The notes below the pieces were generated by a model. It saw nothing but the letters and a program-made list of their open reading frames with translations. It searched no databases and had not been told where the DNA came from. 64,000 nucleotides of DNA from a virus. Each line of letters opens with the position of its first letter. Position 1 is the stretch's first letter. The DNA lies in IMG/VR virus record IMGVR_UViG_3300022539_000562; one strand, given 5' to 3'. A program made the translations under genes and the position numbers. This document shows positions 37,348 to 47,615 of this stretch, piece by piece.

Positions 37348-38007
37348 TTAAAAACTAGCAATTTCAGAACTAGATGTACTATCGTTTTCCTCATCAAAAG
37401 AATTATAAGTTTTTACAATTGATTCTATATCTTGTTTGTTGTAAATACGAATAGTATCTTTCAACTCAGAAAATTGTTTCATATCTACCTTTGGTGCTTT
37501 TGTTGGACTTTCTGGAATAAAATAATATTTTGTATCTAATCCTCCACCTTTTCTTGTAATCTCATAATCCCTATCAATAAGAGTGCCATACTTATTATAT
37601 AATACTCCCAAATCAGTCATTACTCTTATTCCCTGAATTATTCTTTCTACTTGTTTAGTATTTTTGTTCCATATATAAGTAGTAAATCTATATGTTTTCT
37701 TTTTTATATTACTATCACTTTCCATACACAATGGACATGGCTCTTTATCACTAATACAAGGTATATTGCGATAATAATTTACTTTCCTTTTAACAATCCT
37801 ATGTTCATACCATTGAACAAATTTATCAGCATCTAATAGAAATCTTACTGTTGTTTTTTGTCCTGATTCAAGTTTAAATAATGGTACACCTTCACGAGAT
37901 GATTCATATTTATCTATTGCTTTGTTTAGAAAATCTAAACCTTCAGACAAAATTTTACTCATTTGTTTACTCCTTTGATTTTTTATATTTTTTGCATTTA
38001 GTACCAT
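37348..38007 (-). CDS. Single-stranded DNA-binding protein (gp32-like)
   Basis: VRFL; C..CPLC; DYEITRKG..DTKY; acidic tail. Confidence 0.7.
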   Translation of the reverse strand: MVLNAKNIKNQRSKQMSKILSEGLDFLNKAIDKYESSREGVPLFKLESGQKTTVRFLLDADKFVQWYEHRIVKRKVNYYRNIPCISDKEPCPLCMESDSNIKKKTYRFTTYIWNKNTKQVERIIQGIRVMTDLGVLYNKYGTLIDRDYEITRKGGGLDTKYYFIPESPTKAPKVDMKQFSELKDTIRIYNKQDIESIVKTYNSFDEENDSTSSSEIASF

Positions 38008-38188
38008 AATTAGTACTACGTTCTAAAAGTTCAATCATACTTTCTTTTTTAAAAATATCTTCTTCACACCTTACGAATAAAGAATTTATAACAATACAAT
38101 TACTACAATTTAAACAACACTCTGTATTTTCCTCTAAAAGTTTATCAATCAGATAAATTAATTGACTTTTAGAAAGATTATTTTTCAT
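37967..38188 (-). CDS. Hypothetical Cys-rich protein
   Basis: CCLNCSNC. Confidence 0.5.
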   Translation of the reverse strand: MKNNLSKSQLIYLIDKLLEENTECCLNCSNCIVINSLFVRCEEDIFKKESMIELLERSTNYGTKCKKYKKSKE

Positions 38189-38223
38189 TTTACTTTCCTC
38201 CTTTAAAAATATTTAAACTCCTT

Positions 38224-38238
38224 TATATAATTATACTA
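38224..38238 (-). promoter_or_regulatory. Putative promoter motif TAGTATAATTATATA
   Basis: Identical to 16625-16639; followed by AAGGAG. Confidence 0.6.
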
Positions 38239-38268
38239 AAAAAAGCATTATTTTTCTTTAACTATTTT

Positions 38269-38817
38269 TTATATCTCATTTCCCCAAACATCCCAACCTT
38301 TAGTTTTTTGTCTTGCAAATAACTCTATTCGAGGCAAATCACCAGAACATCTAACTATTAAATCTCTTATTTCAGGAGGTTTTTGAGAATGTTTTAATCT
38401 ATTACTTATAAACCAAGTACTTTGTTTTCTATCTCTCGTATGAAACTTGCCTTTAACACCAAAAATAAGATGTTCTGAACTATTCCTAAAATAATATCCT
38501 AATGAAATCTGTGGTTTACACCAAGTAATAATATTCATTGGTCTAAAACCCCACTCTTTACACACTTTAATAGCATCTCCATCCATCAAATGTCTTGATG
38601 TAGTCCATAAATACAGATGACAATTTTTTTCAGTTAATTGTTTAACAGGCAAAGAACAAATCTCTTCTATAGACATTGTGTCATAATGAGCTTCAGGTTT
38701 GCTTTTTTGTCTATCCCAAAATCCTGTCTTAAAATGCCATGGTGGGTCGGCATATATTATTTGATATTTTTTATTAGGAAATGGTATTTTTTTTATTTTA
38801 GTTTTTATTTTTCTCAC
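38269..38817 (-). CDS. MT-A70 family adenine methyltransferase
   Basis: IIYADPPW; LYLWTT; WGF; HSQKP; RIELFAR..GWDVWGNE. Confidence 0.93.
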   Translation of the reverse strand: MRKIKTKIKKIPFPNKKYQIIYADPPWHFKTGFWDRQKSKPEAHYDTMSIEEICSLPVKQLTEKNCHLYLWTTSRHLMDGDAIKVCKEWGFRPMNIITWCKPQISLGYYFRNSSEHLIFGVKGKFHTRDRKQSTWFISNRLKHSQKPPEIRDLIVRCSGDLPRIELFARQKTKGWDVWGNEI

Positions 38818-38823
38818 CTCTTT

Positions 38824-39744
38824 TTATTTTTTTAATCTATTCAATTTTACTTTAAAATAATTTATTTTATTGGACAGAATTTCTTTAATTTCTTTTTCAG
38901 AACATTCACGAATATCCTTTCTATTATTAGGTAATTTAGTTAAATAAATTGGAATTTTACTAGATAATTTTTCAATTATTTTCTTAGTACCTCTTACGCC
39001 ACCATCATCATTATCAAGACACAGAGTTATGCAATCAAAATATTGAGTTATTAATTCTACTTGTTTATCAGAAATAAGATTTCCCATTATAGCAACAGCA
39101 TTTCTATATCCGTATTGATAAAGCCAAATTACATCCAATGAACCTTCTACTATAATTCCATCTCTACTTTCTAATTTATTACTACCAAATAAGAAAAGAC
39201 TTTTTTTAAAATCACGCATATATTTGTATCTGGGTTCTCCCATCATTTTTCTATAAATTATTCCTACTAATTGATTAAGATTATTTCTTACAGGAATAGT
39301 TATTGCCCATTCTTTTTTAAAAAAACCTATTTCCCATTCTTTTAATATATCTTCTCCAAAACCTTCTCTATACAACCATTTATGTCTAAATCTATAATTG
39401 TCTAAAATTGAATCTTGAAGAATTTTTATTTTTTTAGTTTGTGAAGTTATTTTTTTAGTTAGTTTTGATGTAGTCTTAGATGCCATTTTTTTAACTAACA
39501 ATATCGCTTGCCATCTAAATATACCTTCCATTTTGCTTACAAAAGTATATAAATCACCTTTTTCTCCACACCCAAAACATTGCCATATACCTTTGCTTCT
39601 ACTCATAGAAAAACTTCGTTGTGTATCCCGGTGAAATGGACACAAAGCCATAAGTTGTTCCTGATTAATAGTTAATTGATTTAAATTATAATATCTTAAA
39701 ACATCTGCTGGGTCAATTTCTAAGAAAAAATCTTTTAATCTCAT
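38824..39744 (-). CDS. dnaG: DNA primase (CHC2 Zn finger + Toprim)
   Basis: CPFH..CFGC; IVEGSLDV; LCLDNDDGG. Confidence 0.92.
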   Translation of the reverse strand: MRLKDFFLEIDPADVLRYYNLNQLTINQEQLMALCPFHRDTQRSFSMSRSKGIWQCFGCGEKGDLYTFVSKMEGIFRWQAILLVKKMASKTTSKLTKKITSQTKKIKILQDSILDNYRFRHKWLYREGFGEDILKEWEIGFFKKEWAITIPVRNNLNQLVGIIYRKMMGEPRYKYMRDFKKSLFLFGSNKLESRDGIIVEGSLDVIWLYQYGYRNAVAIMGNLISDKQVELITQYFDCITLCLDNDDGGVRGTKKIIEKLSSKIPIYLTKLPNNRKDIRECSEKEIKEILSNKINYFKVKLNRLKK

Positions 39745-41216
39745 TTTTCTGCCTTAATCCTTGCATTAGCAATTTCTATATATTCTTTATTTGTTTCAAA
39801 ACCTAAATATCTTCTATTTAATATCTTACAAGCAATAGCAGTAGTTCCAGAACCAATAAAAGGGTCAAAAATTATATCTCCTTCTCTACTTCCAAGAATA
39901 ATAAGATAAGACATTAATTTAATTGGTTTAACAGTTGGATGTATATTTTTAATTGGAGTAGGTCTTGTCTTGTAAGGAACATTCCTTATATCTTGTCCTT
40001 TATCTCTACCTTTAATTCTTGTCTTTTTAAATTCTTCTAATCCTCTATTCTTTTCACTCTTACTTGCTTTAGGAACTATTAAGAAGGGAAAAGTATCTTT
40101 AACACCTTTTGAAACTGCCCAAGCATCTAAATCAAAATATCTACTATAACTCCCTTGTCCTTTTGGTTTCTTTTTATCAACTTCGCCTGTTGGTTTAAAT
40201 CCATAGCCATTTCCTCTACTGTGTTTTCCTCTTCCACCTATTCCACCATCTTTGCGAATTTTCCCATCATTTAACACATCATCACTAACTAATAGATTTG
40301 CAGGAAAGCGACCTTTAATATCCGACCTACAAGGTTTAGGAGGTATTCCTTTTCCACCACCATAAATAGTTTGTGGAACTTTATTATTTCTTAATTTAGT
40401 CCCACTTTTTAAATCTTTCTCACTTTTGTAAGGCATTTTACAATCATCTAACCAAGTTATCCCCTTTCTATTCTCTAATGCTTGGTCAATATAAGTCTTT
40501 TCTGACAATGGTTTCATAGCAACAATAATAATTTCTACTGCTGGTTTAGGTTGAAAACCTGCATAAGAACCTTCTAATTTTTGTGCTTGTGGAGAAACTC
40601 TTTCTTTAATTTCATATACTTGTTTCATACTATGTTCGTGCCAACCTCTTTTTGGTTCAAAACCAGTAGGACTTGTTCCATTTTTTCTTATTTCTTTAAT
40701 TGGAGCAAATTCTTTCCACGCTATCTCAAATTCTTTTTTAGTCGGTTTCTTACCTAATTTTTTAGTTAATTGTTTTCTACATTCTCGTTTGTCTACCATC
40801 TTACTTATATTACCTGCTTTTGGAAATCCACTTGCATAAGTCCAATAGATAGAAGTAAAACCTGTATTAAATCCTGCTTCGGATAATGCCTGAATCTGTG
40901 TCATTAGAACATCTTGACGAGACGAACACATTATAAAAGCAAAACCACCTGGTTTTAAAATTCTTAAACACTCTTTCCAGACTGGCACAAAAAATTCCAT
41001 CATTGCATTAGTGCTATGTCTTGGTAATTGTTTAAATCCTTTTTTGTGTTGGTATGCACCTTTTGGTTCAAAAGTATCCCATTTCTTTCCCATAAATGCT
41101 ATTCCATAAGGTGGGTCAGTTCCTATTAAGTCTACTTTATTGCTTGGAATATATTGCATTAATTTTTCACAATCACCACAATATATTTTATCTAGTTCGA
41201 ATTTGCCTAATTTCAT
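39741..41216 (-). CDS. N4-C/N6-A DNA methyltransferase (beta class)
   Basis: TDPPYG; HPTVKP; DPFIGSGTT. Confidence 0.92.
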   Translation of the reverse strand: MKLGKFELDKIYCGDCEKLMQYIPSNKVDLIGTDPPYGIAFMGKKWDTFEPKGAYQHKKGFKQLPRHSTNAMMEFFVPVWKECLRILKPGGFAFIMCSSRQDVLMTQIQALSEAGFNTGFTSIYWTYASGFPKAGNISKMVDKRECRKQLTKKLGKKPTKKEFEIAWKEFAPIKEIRKNGTSPTGFEPKRGWHEHSMKQVYEIKERVSPQAQKLEGSYAGFQPKPAVEIIIVAMKPLSEKTYIDQALENRKGITWLDDCKMPYKSEKDLKSGTKLRNNKVPQTIYGGGKGIPPKPCRSDIKGRFPANLLVSDDVLNDGKIRKDGGIGGRGKHSRGNGYGFKPTGEVDKKKPKGQGSYSRYFDLDAWAVSKGVKDTFPFLIVPKASKSEKNRGLEEFKKTRIKGRDKGQDIRNVPYKTRPTPIKNIHPTVKPIKLMSYLIILGSREGDIIFDPFIGSGTTAIACKILNRRYLGFETNKEYIEIANARIKAEK

Positions 41217-41219
41217 ATT

Positions 41220-41801
41220 TTATCCATTCAATTCTTTTTTCAATTCTTTATAAACATTATAAATCACAGATAAATTTTCTTTAAATAATTTTAAAAATAC
41301 TTTTTTATTAACAGTAGGCAATTGATGCCAATAATTTTTTAAACTTTTTATTTGATGAACTAACTCATTAAAATCTGCTACAGTTATATTTAATTGCCTA
41401 ATAATAGTAGTGAATCTTCCTATATTTCGTTTTAAATATTCTTGTTCAATTAATCTATAAAATTCAATACTAGATAAAGTTTCTATTTTTTGAAACCATT
41501 CTTTATAATTCTTTTTATTTAAAAAAGGTAATATATCTATTAATTTCCCCACATTTAAAGTTTTTAAATATTCTTTGTCTACTTTATATCTCACACATAA
41601 TATTTTATAAATTTTAATTAAGCTCATTGTTTTATCAACAGAATTCAAATAATTATTAGCAAGAATAAAATCCTCAAATGAATCAAATTTGTAATTTCTG
41701 TAAAGTTTATTTTTTAATATATTGACAAGATATTCTACTGCTTTTATCCAATCATCTTGATATAAAATATAAAATTGTTTAGCATTTAATATTATTTCCA
41801 T
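41220..41801 (-). CDS. Hypothetical DNA-binding protein; resembles 52741..53487
   Basis: SFEDF..SLIKIYK..GKL.DI.P pattern shared with 52741..53487. Confidence 0.45.
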   Translation of the reverse strand: MEIILNAKQFYILYQDDWIKAVEYLVNILKNKLYRNYKFDSFEDFILANNYLNSVDKTMSLIKIYKILCVRYKVDKEYLKTLNVGKLIDILPFLNKKNYKEWFQKIETLSSIEFYRLIEQEYLKRNIGRFTTIIRQLNITVADFNELVHQIKSLKNYWHQLPTVNKKVFLKLFKENLSVIYNVYKELKKELNG

Positions 41802-42449
41802 TTAAAAACCTAATTTAATATTATAATTTTTACATTTATTCAAATAATTTATTATATTGAAATTATCTTTTTCAATTTTATTTCCCCAAATACGAACAAT
41901 ATTATACTTATTTCTAATAGCACATTTATTTTTTCTTTTATCTCTTTTTGTTCCATTTGGATAATTGTGCCAATATTCACCATCTATTTCAATTATAAGA
42001 TTATATTCAGGTAAATAAAAATCATAAAAAAAATTATTTAATCTGTATTGATGAATAAAACTGATATTATTTTTTTTTAATTGTTTTTTAACTTTTAATT
42101 CTATATTTGATGGATTTTTTTGTCCACTTATTATAAATTTTTTTAATTCTTCAGGATTATTTTTGAAATACTCTTTTTGTGCTTTACTTAATTTTTCTTT
42201 ATGTTTTTTAGATAATTTTTTATTTTTCATTGCTTTACTTATTTTTTTCTTAGTTTCTTTTGATTGTTTATATCCTGTGTGTCCTCTATTCTTTTCTCTA
42301 TATTCAGGATTTTGCCATCTCTTTTTTGCTGTTTTACGCATATTCCTTTTTTCTTTTTCAGTTAATACTACATTTTTTCTATTATGCCCCCAAATATATC
42401 TTTTTCCAAGTTTAACTATTTGTCCACATCCACACAAACATTTATTCAT
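41802..42449 (-). CDS. NUMOD3 + DUF559/Vsr-like endonuclease
   Basis: CLCGCG; NUMOD3; S.IE..HQY..FYDFY..IEIDGEYWH..D. Confidence 0.8.
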   Translation of the reverse strand: MNKCLCGCGQIVKLGKRYIWGHNRKNVVLTEKEKRNMRKTAKKRWQNPEYREKNRGHTGYKQSKETKKKISKAMKNKKLSKKHKEKLSKAQKEYFKNNPEELKKFIISGQKNPSNIELKVKKQLKKNNISFIHQYRLNNFFYDFYLPEYNLIIEIDGEYWHNYPNGTKRDKRKNKCAIRNKYNIVRIWGNKIEKDNFNIINYLNKCKNYNIKLGF

Positions 42450-43723
42450 TAAAAACTCGCTCCCCTTTCTTTTACAAAATCTTCTTTGGTAGCAATATAA
42501 CCTTTATCAACATCCCAATAAAGCCAAAATTCTTCTATTTCTCTTCCACCCCTATTTTTAATAAGAGCACAACGCATATAATCCTTACCATCATCTTCAT
42601 TTCTAACTCTACTAATAGAAAGAATTTTATCACTATCTCTACCTACACTATCACTATGTGCTATTTGATGAATCTTAGGAAGATAACCTGATTTTCTTGC
42701 AGCACCTCTGCCTGCCTGTACTACCACAATAATAGGAGTACCTCTTCTTGCTATTGCTTTCATATCTCTTGTTAGAACTGTAACTTTTTCCCAGATACTA
42801 CTAAATTTTGTAGTTGTATTTAATAAATTAAGATAATCTACAAAAACAATATCAGGTTCATATTCAATTATTTTTGCTTCTAAATCAATCATTGTAAATC
42901 TCGTAGAATCCTTTGCTCTAGTAATTAACCAAAAATCCCTATTTTTTGATAAATTTTTCTCAATAAATTTTTTATATTCTTTTATATCTATATCTGATAT
43001 TTTTCCTTGCATTAGTCCTATATTAGAAAATTGTTTACTAATAAGAGTATCCATTCTAAATCCTATTTCATATTGTCCCATTTCTAGGTTTATCATCAAT
43101 GGTGTATATCCTGCTTTCCATGCTTCTACTGCCATTTTTAAAAGAAGCCAACTCTTACCCATCCCTGTACGACCTACTACAATCCAAACATCATTGGGTA
43201 AAACACCTCCTGTATAATTATCAAGCACTTCTATACCTGTAGTAATACCTACTAATCCTTGATTTTTAACTTTTGTTCTTCTTCGTTCTAATTCTTCATA
43301 TCTACTCATTGCATCTTTTGTTAGATTTATATCATGTCCCACTCCTAATACTGTAGTTAATTTTCTAATATCCCCTAAATGCCTATCTATGATATTTCTA
43401 ACAGGAGTATTTTTAATTAAATCATTTGAAGTCGTTTCTAAAACAGATACCATTTGATTTTTTAAAAATCTATTACGCATTCTTTCTATTAAAAAATCTA
43501 AATCATAACTTTTTATTTCTTTCTCAGTAGGAATATTTGCATATATTCCTTTTAAAACTTCAAGAGTTAGTTTTTTATATTGTTTGTAGTAAGTCTTAAT
43601 ATATTGCCATTTCTCTAAATGAAAAAGAAACAGAGTATCATTTAGACCTTTTTGAAATGCTTCTTTAATTTTATTTTCTAAACATATTTTACTTATAGTT
43701 TTTATTTCTAAATCTATTGTCAT
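42449..43723 (-). CDS. dnaB: Replicative DnaB-like helicase
   Basis: GRTGMGKS; INLEM; VFVDYL; VVVQ; SDSVGRDSD; KNR. Confidence 0.92.
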   Translation of the reverse strand: MTIDLEIKTISKICLENKIKEAFQKGLNDTLFLFHLEKWQYIKTYYKQYKKLTLEVLKGIYANIPTEKEIKSYDLDFLIERMRNRFLKNQMVSVLETTSNDLIKNTPVRNIIDRHLGDIRKLTTVLGVGHDINLTKDAMSRYEELERRRTKVKNQGLVGITTGIEVLDNYTGGVLPNDVWIVVGRTGMGKSWLLLKMAVEAWKAGYTPLMINLEMGQYEIGFRMDTLISKQFSNIGLMQGKISDIDIKEYKKFIEKNLSKNRDFWLITRAKDSTRFTMIDLEAKIIEYEPDIVFVDYLNLLNTTTKFSSIWEKVTVLTRDMKAIARRGTPIIVVVQAGRGAARKSGYLPKIHQIAHSDSVGRDSDKILSISRVRNEDDGKDYMRCALIKNRGGREIEEFWLYWDVDKGYIATKEDFVKERGASF

Positions 43724-43744
43724 TTAATATTCATTCCTTTATAT

Positions 43745-43990
43745 TTAATGTCCCCATATAACATCTGTACCTCTTATTAATTCAACTTTAATATTTGGAA
43801 ACATTTTTTTTAAACATTGTTCTAATTTATAATGATAAATATCTTCATTTTTGTAAAGAATCATAAGATAATCATCACGAATCCATCTATACATATCCAT
43901 ATCAATTTTAGGAAATACTATCCTTTTTAAAAAATTTAATATTTCTTTTCTACGTTCTCTTGTAGCCATTTTTTTATTTTTACCTTCCAT
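43745..43990 (-). CDS. Small alpha/beta paralog family member
   Basis: EILNFL...L..MFPNI.V. Confidence 0.5.
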   Translation of the reverse strand: MEGKNKKMATRERRKEILNFLKRIVFPKIDMDMYRWIRDDYLMILYKNEDIYHYKLEQCLKKMFPNIKVELIRGTDVIWGH

Positions 43991-44207
43991 GTCTATATAA
44001 TATAAAACCTACATTTTCGCTTTCAAATATTTTATCTAAAATCTCTGTTAATTTATCTATATTAACTGTTTCTATTGATTCTATATATATATAAACATAA
44101 TAATTATAAAGATTTTCACTTGTTCCTGGTGAAATTTCTGTACTTTTTATTTTAAGATGAAATGATAAAAATTCTAATGTTTTTTTTATTTTTATTTTTG
44201 TATTCAT
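43980..44207 (-). CDS. Small alpha/beta paralog family member (start probably MNTK, not the longer start in the ORF track)
   Basis: ENL.NYYV..I..L.EILD.IF..ENVGFIL shared with 55240..55524; the longer start runs through the tmRNA-like gene. Confidence 0.6.
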   Translation of the reverse strand: MNTKIKIKKTLEFLSFHLKIKSTEISPGTSENLYNYYVYIYIESIETVNIDKLTEILDKIFESENVGFILYRHGR

Positions 44208-44219
44208 TTTTAATTTTGA

Positions 44220-44314
44220 TGGAGCAGGAGGGATTTGAACCTTCGTCCAAAATAAACAAATAAACAAATATTATGTCAGTTTATTCATTTATCCTGTCGA
44301 AACCCATCTGCCCC
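44220..44314 (-). ncRNA. Minimal tmRNA-like RNA (tRNA-like domain only)
   Basis: GGGGCAG-AT-GGGTTTCGA-[18-bp helix, 13-nt loop]-GAC-GAAGG-TTCAAAT-CCCTC-CTGCTCC-A; G3:U70. Confidence 0.8.
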
Positions 44315-44321
44315 TGTATCT

Positions 44322-44705
44322 TTAATCCCATAAATGTGCAAAATACTTAGCAAATAATTTTATTCCATGTTGAAATTTTTTTTCTAATAAATCTATTTTT
44401 TTGCTATCTATTTCTTGTTTAAATTTACCTTTAATCCATTTGGGTTCGTCATAAGAATCCTTGTATGCTTTAAAACCTTGTATCATTATTTCTAAAGTTT
44501 CAGACCATTTATGACATTCATCATTCTCTACTTTTTCATCCCAGAATTCTGATGAACAACCATGATGTTCTTTTTTTAATCGTTCTAATCCTGCAATAAT
44601 AATACCTGCTAAATAATCATTGAAATCCCATACATCACAATCAGCCCATCCTCTTTTACCTCTCTGGCAAAACCACTTTATATCTTGAAATATATGTTTA
44701 ATCAC
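44322..44705 (-). CDS. Hypothetical phage protein
   Basis: D.W.F..YLA.II..GL...K..HG; LFAKYF.HLWD pattern. Confidence 0.6.
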   Translation of the reverse strand: MIKHIFQDIKWFCQRGKRGWADCDVWDFNDYLAGIIIAGLERLKKEHHGCSSEFWDEKVENDECHKWSETLEIMIQGFKAYKDSYDEPKWIKGKFKQEIDSKKIDLLEKKFQHGIKLFAKYFAHLWD

Positions 44706-44716
44706 TTTACACCTCC

Positions 44717-45208
44717 TTATTTTTTCTTTATCTCTTTTATAAGTAATTCTTCTAATATTTTTTCAGTTTCTTTATGTAATTGCATTTTATTTTTATTTTT
44801 CAAATACCATTCTCTTACAGGAGTATCATTCCTTTGTGCTTTTCCTGCACCCTTCCAATCATAAATCATCTCTAATATATATTTTTTAGGCATAGGTAAA
44901 ATCTTAATAGCACCACTATCTTCTAGTAAAATCCACCATTGCCAATGATGTCTATTTCTTTTTTGATGAAGTAGCCAAGCAAAATCAAAAGCATCATCAC
45001 CTGTATCTGTAGGTTTATAATATCCTGTTTTATCTCTAATTATTTGTTTTTTACCATAAAAATAATTTACATAAGGAATAAATTCATCTAATCTAAATTT
45101 TGATAAATCATGTACTAAACCTTGCCAATATAATCCTAATTTAAAACACTCTATCATTACAAACCATTTGTGTCTTAACATATAAGACAAATACTTAATA
45201 AACTTCAT
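44717..45208 (-). CDS. HD-like protein (DUF5662-type)
   Basis: HDLSKF; HQKRNRHHWQWW; EMIYDW. Confidence 0.7.
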   Translation of the reverse strand: MKFIKYLSYMLRHKWFVMIECFKLGLYWQGLVHDLSKFRLDEFIPYVNYFYGKKQIIRDKTGYYKPTDTGDDAFDFAWLLHQKRNRHHWQWWILLEDSGAIKILPMPKKYILEMIYDWKGAGKAQRNDTPVREWYLKNKNKMQLHKETEKILEELLIKEIKKK

Positions 45209-45229
45209 TTTTTATTTCCTTTCATCCTA

Positions 45230-46906
45230 CTAATAAGGAGAAAATTTTCTTTTCACATATATACGAAATCTTACATGCTGTTTAATAAATATTTCATCTA
45301 AAATTTCTTCTAATTTATTTCTTTCTATTGTTCCCTTTTCTTTAAGAGTTATACAAATAATACAACTATTTGATAATCCAAACATTTTTGGTACAACATG
45401 TGTTTTCTCTATTTTTAAATTTTCGTTTAAAAAATTTATTATATTTTCTGTAATATTCATTTTCTTTCTTTTTTTAAACCATCCTTATAACCTATTTTAT
45501 ATGCTCTTTCTATTAATTCGTCAGGTTCATTTAAAATATTAGACAATATTTTTTTTCTTGTAAACCATCTTTTCATATCTACAAAAGCAATTAATCTTCC
45601 ATAATGCCAATATACTCGTTCTACTGTTCCTCCATCACAATGTTTTTGTTCTTTGAAAATTTCTGGATAATTTTTATATAACCATTTTTCAAGTTTTTCA
45701 ATTTCATTTTTTAATATTTTTTTCATCTTTCTTCCTAAAGTTATTTTTACTTATGTTTTTTCTTATGTCTTGCTTTTCTTTTTCGTTTTTTGTATTTATG
45801 TTTCTTCATTTTTTTTCTTTTTTTCTTAACTACTGAACCCATACTCACTCTCACTCTTATAACTCATTATTTTTTCTCCTTAATTTGTTTTTGAATTTCT
45901 TTTGCTACTTTTTTTACTCTTTTTTGAATTTCTCTTTCTTCTATCATTTCTTGTATCCACATATTAATATTATAACCAAGTAAAAAACTAATATCATAAT
46001 ATTCTAATTCTAATTCAAATATATAATCTATTAATCTTTTAATCAATTCTGTATTATTCATCTGGTCTAAAAAATTTTTTGCTAAAGCAGTATCTCGTTT
46101 CCAATTAATTATATAAGGAAAACCTATTTTTTCTAAATATTTTTTTGACCAATACAGAACTAATTCTTTTGAATTCATTTATTTTTCCTTCTTTTTACGA
46201 TATTCCTTTAATATTCTTTTTATTATGTCTTCAAGATAAATATCTTTTTCTTCTTTTTCAGATGCATCAATTACCTTCAGTTCTAAATAATTAAGCAAGT
46301 CTCTACTTATCCTTAAACAAATTTCTTTACTCCCCTTTATTTTCATTTTTACTCCTTTTTAAAAGCAAAATCAAATTTTGGAAATATAGCATCTAATAGT
46401 AATATTAATTCTATATACACCTTGGGTATTCTATCTACATACATATCCACTCTAATTTTTTCATTCTTGTTGTATTCTCCATCACTATATCCAACAACAA
46501 AATCTCTTTTATTAGTATCCAAGAATAATTTAATACCAATAGCACCATTAAATTGTACATAACTTATATGTGTATTTTTTAGTTGTTGATTAATATAAAA
46601 AATTATTGCTTGTATTTGTTTCTGTATATTCTCTTGTATTTGTTTTTGCATATTCATTTATTTCTCTTCCTTTTTAAAACAAAAAGTATATTGTGGAAAT
46701 ATATCTGCCAATGTATATAATAAAATTGATGACCTTTTAGGTAATCTATCTACGAATATGTTAACACAAATTTTTTTATTTAGCAAATCTCGTGAAACAT
46801 TGCCAATAGTAGTATCAATAACTGAATTAAAATCTATGCGTTTTATTTTGGTATTCTTTAATTGTTCCCCAATATATAAAATTATATTAACTACTACTTC
46901 TGTCAT
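45230..46906 (-). other. Small hypothetical CDSs (45230-45460, 45457-45726, 45867-46178, 46349-46657, 46658-46906); three belong to the alpha/beta paralog family
   Basis: 46349 and 46658 share YI..QLKNT.I..VDR.PK..L..IFP...F.FKKE. Confidence 0.6.
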
Positions 46907-47418
46907 TTATTTTTTTTCCTTTTCCAACTTATTCTTTTAATTATAATATCTCCTTCGTACCCTTTCTCCCAAACATACCATCCAAATAGCCATCCTAAAT
47001 TTACTTCAACCCACTCAATTTTCTCATTAAACACATAAATAGTTTTTAGATTTTTTGATGTTTTTGTTTCAATTTCATTACCCAAATTTTTAACATACCA
47101 TAATAAAGCCAATTTCCTTTTTGTTAATGGCAATAAGTGTTTTTTAACAAGTTGCTGTTGTGAAAACGGTGGATTAGTGATAATATTATCGTATTGTTTA
47201 GAAATACTAAACAAATCTTTAATTTCTCCATATCCATAAGGAAATTTATCAAAGGAGTAAACTTTATATCCGTGTTTTTTTAAAACTTTTGAAATAGCAC
47301 CATCTCCACAACAAGGTTCTAAAATATTACCATCAAACTCTTCATATTTTAATAATGCTTTTGTAACTAATGAAGGTGTTTTGATAAAATCAGCTTTCAT
47401 TTTGCTTCCTTTTGCCAT
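46903..47418 (-). CDS. Small N6-adenine DNA methyltransferase-like protein
   Basis: ILEPCCGDGAI; IITNPPF. Confidence 0.75.
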   Translation of the reverse strand: MAKGSKMKADFIKTPSLVTKALLKYEEFDGNILEPCCGDGAISKVLKKHGYKVYSFDKFPYGYGEIKDLFSISKQYDNIITNPPFSQQQLVKKHLLPLTKRKLALLWYVKNLGNEIETKTSKNLKTIYVFNEKIEWVEVNLGWLFGWYVWEKGYEGDIIIKRISWKRKKNK

Positions 47419-47615
47419 TTAATAGCATTTCTTATATGAATAAATGTATAACCTAAAACACCAGGTAGAAGTCCCCAATGTTTAGTCTGTATAACATAAG
47501 CTATCCATAATACTTGATTAAAAATACCGATGATTGGAGCACAAGGATGTTTATTTCCCATTAACCATAACATAACAAAACTACTAAAACTTAATATCCA
47601 ATTTAAATAATTCAT
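47397..47615 (-). CDS. Small multi-TM membrane protein (PnuC-like fragment)
   Basis: Hydrophobic; NQVLWIAY..WGLL. Confidence 0.4.
   Translation of the reverse strand: MNYLNWILSFSSFVMLWLMGNKHPCAPIIGIFNQVLWIAYVIQTKHWGLLPGVLGYTFIHIRNAIKWQKEAK

Noticed and set aside
17159-43723. Inteins or group I introns in TerL, RecA, DnaE or DnaB
   Set aside because: Lengths are normal for each family, and no Cys...His-Asn intein boundaries or frame breaks were seen
44208-44267. N-terminal extension MFICLFWTKVQIPPAPSKLK of ORF 43980..44267
   Set aside because: It is the translation of the mini-tmRNA 3' half; the paralog 55240..55524 aligns from the MNTK start
44220-44314. Ordinary tRNA-Ala, or a permuted two-piece tmRNA
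   Set aside because: No D-stem or 7-nt anticodon loop, and the 5' and 3' tmRNA ends are in normal, not permuted, order
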